A DNA stretch of 63,914 nt, the filler included, from Vannella sp. (lineage: Eukaryota), in NCBI GenBank assembly GCA_023345925.1. It is 9 parts of 9 records of this genome, joined end to end, with 100 filler letters (N's around TTAATTAATTAA, not from the genome) between each part and the next. Parts side by side here need not be neighbours in the genome. Positions count along the whole stretch, not along the records: positions 54,257 to 59,307 come from JAJQQN010000241.1; positions 59,408 to 63,914 come from JAJQQN010001450.1; 7 more parts are not named here. One strand, given 5' to 3'. The notes under the pieces are model-generated. The model was not told the origin of the DNA. It saw only the letters and a list, made by a program, of their open reading frames with translations, and made no database searches. Of this stretch, positions 56,447 to 63,914 are shown piece after piece. Within the stretch, counting starts at the first letter, position 1, and every line of letters starts with the position of its first letter. The translations under genes were made by a program, and so were the position numbers.

Positions 56447-59080
56447 CTAAGCTTGTGACTGGCATTGAATGAACGCCAGTTTCTCGTCGGGATGGACCAG
56501 ACGGAGGCCAATGGTGTGGCAGAACTTCTCGGTGGTGTGGAGGAGCTCGACGTCGATGAGGGAGAGGAGGCGGATGGCCATGGGTGGGGGGTTGGTCCGG
56601 CCTTCAGCCTTCTTCCATTTGATAGTGGCTTCGCCGAGGTTGGCCTTCCATTGACGCTCGTACTCTTCAAGGCTGAACTGGATCTCCTTGTAGATGTCAT
56701 AAGAGGGTACGAGGACACTCACTGTATCTTTGGAGATACCAACGACAATGCCTTGCTCAATGAACTTTTTGGTTCGCAGGAATCGGTTGAGATAGAGCCG
56801 TCGGCAGTCTCGGCTAGCCCAGTCCGCATTCTTCTTCCGAAGGTTGCAGTTGTTACTGATTTCAGCAACTAGCTTGGAGCTGAACTCCTGTGGGCGGCCA
56901 GAGAGTACAGCAGCCAGTTGGCGATGAGTGATGAGGTCGGGGTATCTTCGGATGGGCGAGGTAAAGTGACAGTACAGTGGGTAATTGAGTGCATAGTGGT
57001 GATAGGAGCTTGGTGAGGCATCTTTCAAGGTGCTGCAATAAAGAGCGGACTGCATTGGCTTTGATATCAAGAACCGGATGGCCTCCATGGTGATCCCATT
57101 ATGGTCTTCTTGGATTCGTTGGATGGATTGGTGAAGGGCGAGGGAGGAAGAGACATCTACATCAAGTTTCAACAATTTACATTGCTCCAAGAAGGTCTTG
57201 ACACCCTTAGGGTCCAGGGGTGGGTGTCGGCGGAGCAGAACACCCTCAGAAACATTTGCATGGAGGAACTCAGCGACTGAAGTGTTGGCCAACAGCATGA
57301 ACTCCTCAACCAGGAAATGACTGTCATATCGAGCATATGGAGCGACTCCGGTGACCCTGTGTTCTTCGTCAAAGGTGAAAGCAAGTTCTGCACTATCTAA
57401 AGCGACACTCCCATTCTCGAAGCGAGTGCGGGAAAGACACTTTGCGATAACATCCAGTTGCTGGACAGCCGTAGCACATTCTGCCAGTTGGTGGCCTGCG
57501 GGAAACTCCTCAGGATTCTTGATCATTTTTTGGGCAGTGGCATAGTCAAGTTGGCCTCTAGTGTTGATGACCGAGCGAGTGAATCGCTCTTTGATCTTCA
57601 CTCCTTCTGGAGTCAACTCCCAGATGACAGAGAAAGCGAGGCGATCAACATTCCCCTTCAAACTGCAAAGTTCATCGCACAGAATGCGAGGCAACATGGG
57701 AACGTTCTCTTCGGTAAAGTAAACCGTCGTGGCGCGTTCGCGTGCCTCCAAGTCCAGTGGAGAATCAGTCTTGACGAAGAAGCTGACATCAGCAATATGA
57801 ACCCCAATTTCAAAGTTCCCATTCTCCAGTGGCTGACAAGACAGCGCGTCATCCAGGTCCCGAGCAGTCGGAGGATCAATAGAGAAGATCAGACACTTCC
57901 GAAGATCCTCGCGGGCAGCAATCTCCTCTGAAGGAATGGTCCAGCCAGAGAGCGGCAATCCCACCAAAACCTCCTCGTCAAAGTCCTCATGATGAGTGAC
58001 GTGGTTCTTTTGCTTCAGCACTTGGTATTGAACATCAAAATTGTCCACAGAACCGACTGCCTCGCAGACATCACATTGAGGGTACCATTGTTGCTCGGTC
58101 CAGCTGACAAATTGAGCCTTCAAGAAGGTGTTGTTCCTCTGGAGGTACTCTTTCCCGTTCCTGACAGTCATAAAGGGGATCCTTTCGTCGATTGGGTGGA
58201 AGGGGAAGGGATCGCCCGCTTTGGCAAGCCCGAGAATCTCTTGTGGTCGCTTCTGCTCTACGATGTAGACGATCTTGCCATATCTTCTGGGTTCTTCCTC
58301 TTCCTTCTTTTCAGTCTCCTTCTCCTCTTCCTTTGCCTTCTTCGGTAAGGAGGACGGAGGGAGAAGCTCTTCCTCGTCCTCTTCTTCTTCAGGGTCATCC
58401 AAACTCAGTTCTGAGACAACCTGGGTGAATCTTTCATCATCATCCAGTGATTCTTCGCCCTCTGAATCCAGAAGATCGTCGTCTGAGCTCTCCTTTGCTT
58501 CGGGTTGCTCCTCCTTCTTGTCGCTCTTCTCCGTCTTGTCGCTCTTCTCCTTCTTGTCGCTCTTCTCCGTCTTATTCTTGCGTTGAATGGCCTCCACGAG
58601 CTGTATAGCAACCATATCCCCGTGGAATGCGCGGTTCAGGTTTGCTTGAGACTGGATCGAAATGTCCCGGCCTTGTTCGAGGGCCACGAAGGACTGGTAA
58701 GGGAAGCTGACCACTTTCAGTTGTCCAACAAGGATGGTTCCTTCGGCAAGACCGCGCTCGAACTCCTCCTTTGAAAGGTAGGACTGGTAACTTTTCTTCT
58801 TGCCCTGGGACTTGAACGAAGTCTCTCCGCGCTTCCCTCGCTGATACCTCTCTGATTTGGCACCTCTCCAAGGAGAGCCTCGAGACTTTCCGTCTTGCGG
58901 TGGCGCTTCTGCTTCCTCATGAGTTGATCTTCTTCCCCCACGGCCGCGGCGGCCTCCACGACCACGAGAGCGTTGAGCTGGGGATGTCTCCGAAGGATGA
59001 GATGATTCTCCCCCTCCTCCTGGTCCCCCTCCTCTTCCTCCTCTACTTCCTCGTTTCTTTGGTGTCCCGCGCACGTCCAT
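56447..59080 (-). CDS. DIS3L2: DIS3-like exoribonuclease 2 (RNB family, no PIN domain)
   Basis: NRAFHGDMVA, FSIDPPTARDLDDALS (intact catalytic Asp residues), GVHIADVS, VEEFMLLAN and HFTSPIRRYPD. RGG-rich N-terminus. Confidence 0.9.
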   Translation of the reverse strand: MDVRGTPKKRGSRGGRGGGPGGGGESSHPSETSPAQRSRGRGGRRGRGGRRSTHEEAEAPPQDGKSRGSPWRGAKSERYQRGKRGETSFKSQGKKKSYQSYLSKEEFERGLAEGTILVGQLKVVSFPYQSFVALEQGRDISIQSQANLNRAFHGDMVAIQLVEAIQRKNKTEKSDKKEKSDKTEKSDKKEEQPEAKESSDDDLLDSEGEESLDDDERFTQVVSELSLDDPEEEEDEEELLPPSSLPKKAKEEEKETEKKEEEEPRRYGKIVYIVEQKRPQEILGLAKAGDPFPFHPIDERIPFMTVRNGKEYLQRNNTFLKAQFVSWTEQQWYPQCDVCEAVGSVDNFDVQYQVLKQKNHVTHHEDFDEEVLVGLPLSGWTIPSEEIAAREDLRKCLIFSIDPPTARDLDDALSCQPLENGNFEIGVHIADVSFFVKTDSPLDLEARERATTVYFTEENVPMLPRILCDELCSLKGNVDRLAFSVIWELTPEGVKIKERFTRSVINTRGQLDYATAQKMIKNPEEFPAGHQLAECATAVQQLDVIAKCLSRTRFENGSVALDSAELAFTFDEEHRVTGVAPYARYDSHFLVEEFMLLANTSVAEFLHANVSEGVLLRRHPPLDPKGVKTFLEQCKLLKLDVDVSSSLALHQSIQRIQEDHNGITMEAIRFLISKPMQSALYCSTLKDASPSSYHHYALNYPLYCHFTSPIRRYPDLITHRQLAAVLSGRPQEFSSKLVAEISNNCNLRKKNADWASRDCRRLYLNRFLRTKKFIEQGIVVGISKDTVSVLVPSYDIYKEIQFSLEEYERQWKANLGEATIKWKKAEGRTNPPPMAIRLLSLIDVELLHTTEKFCHTIGLRLVHPDEKLAFIQCQSQA

Positions 59081-59307
59081 GTCCCAGAGCGAGTTAAAAA
59101 TGAGAAGAAAACGAGTTTCTTTAATTTCAATGCCATTCTCATCATTTTCTCGCATCTTGGTGGAGGAGGAGGATCTTTGCTTGTTTACCCCGCAGCGCCA
59201 GCGAAACCACCCAACATCTCACACATGCAAATCAGCACCGCGCCTACCCCTTGGACACACGCCTCGCTTTCACAGCAAGAGCAAAAGCAAGGACAATCAC
59301 TGGAAGA

Positions 59308-59407
59308 NNNNNNNNNNNNNNNNNNNNNNNNNNNNNNNNNNNNNNNNNNNNTTAATTAATTAANNNNNNNNNNNNNNNNNNNNNNNNNNNNNNNNNNNNN
59401 NNNNNNN
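59308..59407. other. Artificial contig linker
   Basis: N44-TTAATTAATTAA-N44. Confidence 0.98.
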
Positions 59408-60508
59408 GCTTCCAGCGATCTCTTCTCGATGGCCTCTTCCATAGCAGTAGAGCGAGATTGGGTTGTTGTCCTCTGTGCAGAAGACCAAGAACTCTTAAGT
59501 AGTGAGTAGATCTGGGTTCCGTTTGAATGATTCCAGGCCGCTAAGTCCCTTTCAGATACCAATTCTGTTATGCAACGGATTGATTTGGTGTGCAAAGTGG
59601 CTGCTCCAGCCTTTCTTGGATTTGTCCTGCAAGTCACTCCGTTATTTTATGCGTTGGTGGGAATCGCTATCTGGAATGTGTCCAGTGTGATACCAGAGTT
59701 GCTTTTGCTCCTTTCTATTGTTTCAAACCACAAAGAACTCAGGGAAAAGCCTCAACTTGAACCTTTGGTTCCCACTGATGGGGAGGTGGATGAGCCATTG
59801 CACTTAGAAGAGGAAAGCAAACCAGTCAACCGTCCTTTCTTGGTGAATTTGCGGGAGTTGCTCATTTCTACGGTAGCAGGTTGGTCAATTTACGCAAGAC
59901 ATAGGGTGTTCTTTGCTAGTATGGCTTATGTGATGCTCTACTGTACGGTATTGGCTCCTGGTGGACTCTTCAATGCCTATCTGAAAGTGAATGGAACTGA
60001 AGATTGGATGCTGGGCACCATGACTGGAATTGCCGCATTGATTGGTCTGAGTGCAACTTATGTCCAACCAGTGATAACCAAAAGAATGGGCTCGCGCATC
60101 ACAGGAATAGCACTCCTTTGGACACAATGTCTTATTCTCCTCCCCGTAATCGTTCTCCTCTATTACCCTCACCCAGCCACACCTTTTGCATTGATGGGAC
60201 TAGTAGCACTGGCCCGGTTCCCACTATGGGGGTTCGATTTAGTCGAGCGTCATATCATGCAGACCTCCATCGAGGTGGAACATCGAGGCACAATCAGCTC
60301 TGTGGAGAGCGCCATGACGAATGTGGCCACACTGTTGATCTATGTGGTCAGTATTGTGTTCCCAGATCCCTCACAATTCATCTACTTGGCAATATTCTCT
60401 TGCCTGGCCATAATTATGGCTTCTCTGAGCTTCACATTCTGGAGCTCCCGAATCGCTGTGGGCTCTTTTGGTCCCTTTAGGCGAGAAAGAGTTGAAGAAG
60501 CTATTTAA
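59408..60508 (+). CDS. SLC40A1: Ferroportin, C-terminal half (same gene as 1-717)
   Basis: ERDWVVV..|NSVMQRIDL, LYCTVL, ARFPLWGFDL..MQ, RGTISSVE and PDPSQF. The first 87 nt are the exact reverse complement of positions 1-87. Confidence 0.92.
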
Positions 60509-60532
60509 ATGCAAAGTTAACGTTCAATCTCT

Positions 60533-62566
60533 CTACGGGGTCATGTGAGGGGACAGCTCCAGGATGTCAGATCCAACGTTCAGCCGAGTCACCCGCAATG
60601 TCACTCGCTCACCAATGGTCGGGCGGTAGTAGACTTTCAGAGAGGCGCCTATGTGCCTGTATTTCTCTAGGCGAATGTCAATCTGAACAGCTTCTTTGCC
60701 GCTGACTACGCCCTCGTGAATGGCAAGAACCTCTGCAACAACCGTCCCGCCGATGCCAACTTCTTGATTAAGGAGATCTAGATCTCGGTACCGGAAGTCC
60801 CTCTTGCTGATGGACTTGGTTTCCACTTGGATCCTCTTATAGTACTGGATGTGCGCTTGAATTTCAGCTTCAGAGAGAAGAGAACCACTTTGCATGGATT
60901 GCCAAAGTTGATTGTGATTGAGCAAGTCCGTGTACTTTCGAAGGGGGGATGAAACCGGGGCATAGTGCCTGAAGAAGAGATCTCCAATCGCTGAAAATCC
61001 ATGAGGGCTTGAAGTTGGCGTTGTCTTCGAAGGAGATGGACTGGTAACGTAGGAGCTCAAAACAGGGCCCAAACTCTCTCGAAAGACTGCTGGCATGGAG
61101 AGCTGGCTTGCTACATTACCGGCTATTGTACCTGCCAAGATCATCATCTCTCGGATAATGTGAGTTGATGAAGAGGTCAGTAGAACATTGGCACCAGAGG
61201 ATGTGTTTGTTGAAAAGTGGGAAATATCCTTAATTGTCTTCTCTCGGTGTGTCTTCAGCAGTTCAATGTATCGAATGAGTTCGAAAAGATCCCCATCACC
61301 ATCCTTGCGTCTTATTAAGTTGTCTGCACATTGGAAGGACAAAGAGCGGATCTGGGAGGCTTCAATTGATTTTGGAGCAATCGAGTATTCTAAAACCTGT
61401 CCAGTCTGATGATGGATCAATGCAGAGAATCTCAAGCAAGCAACCACTTTGTTGAACTCTTGCGAAGACTCAAAACTCCAGGCTGCGCACAGATTCCCAG
61501 GGAGCATTCCAAAGGATCGATTCTCCATGTACACCTTCAATGGAAGCTCCTGTGCATATAAATCCAAAGGAGAGTCCTTAGTTATGTGGTGAGAAGCACA
61601 CAATATATCCACGTTCACCCAGCGACCGGCTTCCTCCTCTGGACCAAGTGAGATAGCATCCTCACTTACTGTATTTACGTTGCTGTCAATCGTAAAGACC
61701 TGTCCTGGCGCGGGAGGAAACTTCAATAGGTCTACACTTTGTGATGTAATAGAATCGATTTGTTGGGAAGCAGGAGCAGGCACTCTTCGGTGCTCCAAAA
61801 TGTCACAAAGGCGTATTTCTGTCTTTCTTGAAGCTCGGAAGGATCCCGTTCGAAGGGCAAAGCTTATTGGAAATGTCGGAGCTGCCTTTGGAGTGAATTG
61901 GGAAGTCGGTGCAGCCTTGACGACTTGAAAGAAGGCTCCTCCAACTCCCCAAGTGATCCATCGATAAAGGGCGAATTGGAGCAATGTGCGGGTGCTGTAT
62001 GAAGTCTTTGGGTCAAAGACGTTCTCAGCTAGCTTCTCGAGTGCTTGGCGCTTGCCAAGAAGCTCCAAAACCTCCAAAAAGTGGTCAATGTCCGACATTT
62101 CGGCGGGGTTGTGGCTCGTATCAGCGTATTGAGCGATGATTGATCGCTGTAGAGGAGCTATCCAGTTTCCAAATGCTTCTGAAATCTCTTTGATCTGCTG
62201 CGGGACCGTGGAAGGAAGTGGAGGAGGTCCGGACAGCTGAAAGAAGACGTAGTCCAGCGAAGAAGCGGGAAAGTGGATGGGAATGCTCCCAGATCGTAGA
62301 GGTTGCACTTCCAAGATCCTAGCTTCATGTAAAAGTGCATTCAGAGCGACATCGTCCCCATGGGAAGCTCCGATCGCTTCGAAGGGAACCGTCGACATGT
62401 GACCGCCCACTCGGCGAGGTGCTGAGCGCACTACTCCTAATCTACCTCCACTGGCACTTCCCTGGAACATAACCAAGTGTCCAAGCAGCTCCTCCACCTG
62501 TTCTACGCCACAAAAACCGCGGCAGTTTACCCAGGGCCGCACCGCCCCCAGAACACGGCGCAGCAT
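60533..62566 (-). CDS. RNase II/RNB-domain protein with a probable mitochondrial targeting peptide and a degenerate active site
   Basis: MLRRVLGAVRPW N-terminus, FTIDSNVNTVSEDAISL, IREMMILAG, SSPLRKYTDLLNHNQL and an S1-like C-terminus. Confidence 0.78.
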   Translation of the reverse strand: MLRRVLGAVRPWVNCRGFCGVEQVEELLGHLVMFQGSASGGRLGVVRSAPRRVGGHMSTVPFEAIGASHGDDVALNALLHEARILEVQPLRSGSIPIHFPASSLDYVFFQLSGPPPLPSTVPQQIKEISEAFGNWIAPLQRSIIAQYADTSHNPAEMSDIDHFLEVLELLGKRQALEKLAENVFDPKTSYSTRTLLQFALYRWITWGVGGAFFQVVKAAPTSQFTPKAAPTFPISFALRTGSFRASRKTEIRLCDILEHRRVPAPASQQIDSITSQSVDLLKFPPAPGQVFTIDSNVNTVSEDAISLGPEEEAGRWVNVDILCASHHITKDSPLDLYAQELPLKVYMENRSFGMLPGNLCAAWSFESSQEFNKVVACLRFSALIHHQTGQVLEYSIAPKSIEASQIRSLSFQCADNLIRRKDGDGDLFELIRYIELLKTHREKTIKDISHFSTNTSSGANVLLTSSSTHIIREMMILAGTIAGNVASQLSMPAVFRESLGPVLSSYVTSPSPSKTTPTSSPHGFSAIGDLFFRHYAPVSSPLRKYTDLLNHNQLWQSMQSGSLLSEAEIQAHIQYYKRIQVETKSISKRDFRYRDLDLLNQEVGIGGTVVAEVLAIHEGVVSGKEAVQIDIRLEKYRHIGASLKVYYRPTIGERVTLRVTRLNVGSDILELSPHMTP

Positions 62567-63352
62567 CAAATGAGAGTCCCAAATGGAAGGAAATAGAAGA
62601 GGCATCAGTGTTGGATCATTCGAAGCCTTCCTGACTCGTTCGGAGACGAAGGTGAAGCTTTGACAGTGTTTTCATTTTTTTGACTCTTGGTGAGCTTTGT
62701 AGCCACTCAGCTGCTGTTCTAGGGGATTCAGAGGCTTCCATAGATTGATGAACGATTGAGGATCATCATCCAGCTCTGATTAAGTGTGGAAAGAGCTTCA
62801 AACAAGGTCAGTTGTCGATTCAAAGTACGAAAGAAGCTTCTTGAGGTACTTTTCAACCGTGGCAGCGGACGCAGTTTAGTGGGGCCATGAACTCTCTCCA
62901 AAAGGAATCCTTTGGTCTCGTTATTGGGGCCTTTGGAGCCTTTAGGAGTAAGAGTGGTAAGATATTGAGGTCGGTTGCTCAGGCTCTCACCCACTTTGGC
63001 TTTCAGAATCTCTACTGTTTGTTCAAGAGCTCTCGAGAGCTTCCAAAGGGCTCTTGCTTCCATCATTCAGAAGACTCCACGATTGAGAAGGACTTGAGCC
63101 TTCCAGATGAAGATCTTTGAAGCTGGCGAAGCTGAAGTGACTGCCTTGTCTGCATCCGCTTGGTAAACACGAGAGTTCTGGAAGACGCTCAGCACACAGA
63201 GACACACTCCGTTTGGGGGGTTGTTGAGCGAGCTGGTGAAGTGTCTCAGCCAAAGGCTATTATTTCATAAATCTGCTCAAAAGTGTGTTTTCACATGTTT
63301 GGAAGGAAATTGGGTCGTTTCTTTCATTTCATTTCCTCCTTTTGGGGGGCCG

Positions 63353-63914
63353 ATGGGGAAGAGCGAAGGTGACGAGGCTGGCGATGCTGCTGGCTCTTTG
63401 GACACAAAGAGTCGTAAATTGACCAAGGAGCAAGTGACCGCGCGTGGATCATGGTCAATTGTGAGCCCCGTGGCGCCCATTCGGGGGAGATCGGAAGTGC
63501 CGCTCAGCGGGGCTGTGCCTTTTTTCGATGATGACGGTGAACGTGCTCCTCCCGCTGCACAACAACAAGGCGTACTTGCAGTTGCACGTCCTGAAACCCC
63601 TGTTGAGCTCCCTTGGGCCAGAAGTGGATCCACAGTCGCCCACCTTCAGGATGTGCAGAACTATCAACTCAAATTGGACAAGAAGATTCAAGAACTCGAG
63701 TGGGAGTTCTTCTATCTTCCTGTCCTGACGGAGGAGGAGGCTACAAGAAACTATGACAACACGATGAAGGAATTGCAAGTGCGGTTCGAAAGAGAGAAAG
63801 TTCTAGGGATCGAGGAGGCTCAGTTCGCGTTTGAAAAGATGTCCTTCGTGTATGGCAAGATACGAGAACGTAAGAAGGAGGCCAACTTTGATCTCTTCCG
63901 CTTGCTCTTAGAAC
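63353..63914 (+). CDS. Hypothetical protein, open to the end of the window
   Basis: ATG at 63353 followed by 187 uninterrupted codons (MGKSEGDEAG...LFRLLLE). Confidence 0.6.
   Translation, partial: MGKSEGDEAGDAAGSLDTKSRKLTKEQVTARGSWSIVSPVAPIRGRSEVPLSGAVPFFDDDGERAPPAAQQQGVLAVARPETPVELPWARSGSTVAHLQDVQNYQLKLDKKIQELEWEFFYLPVLTEEEATRNYDNTMKELQVRFEREKVLGIEEAQFAFEKMSFVYGKIRERKKEANFDLFRLLLE

Noticed and set aside
58511..58575. 18-bp repeat encoding K(T/K)EKSD in DIS3L2
   Set aside because: An ordinary low-complexity coding expansion in a disordered loop.
56447..62566. Two RNB-family genes near each other as a cluster
   Set aside because: They are on different contigs, separated by the linker at 59308-59407.
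62728..63253. In-frame TGA at 63067-63069 as possible selenocysteine or readthrough
   Set aside because: There is no recognisable selenoprotein motif or SECIS, and the gene model in this interval could not be established.
1..63914. tRNA, rRNA, snRNA genes, autonomous transposons, viral genes or a non-standard genetic code
   Set aside because: None was recognised by eye. Conserved proteins translate correctly with the standard code, and TAA, TAG and TGA are all used as stops.

Overview
This window is not one locus. It is nine eukaryotic contigs joined by eight artificial 100-nt linkers (N44-TTAATTAATTAA-N44). The DNA is very gene-dense, with mostly 42-70 nt GT-AG introns and intergenic gaps as short as 24 bp. 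The gene set (BTG/Tob, Integrator INTS3, ferroportin, two-chain ATP-citrate lyase, LRR-PP2C, Cdc123/R2K-like) suggests a compact protist genome, possibly amoebozoan (inference). Recognisable genes include POLA1, RPL4, RPN7, DIS3L2, INTS3, Rab7, CARNMT1, p24, TMEM41, Alba/Rpp25 and a TBC RabGAP. The most notable observations are: (1) a SufS-like cysteine desulfurase fused to a TtcA-type tRNA thiolase; (2) an intronless Asteroid/XPG-type PIN nuclease fused to a DEAH RNA helicase; (3) a RADX-like OB-fold protein outside animals; (4) an AT-AC U12-type minor intron in Rab7; (5) a secreted LRR-mucin protein with one LRR per symmetric exon; (6) a foldback MITE-like element and a dispersed structured repeat. 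The ferroportin gene is split across two contigs that overlap by 87 bp. All family calls come from motif recognition by eye; no database searches were run.
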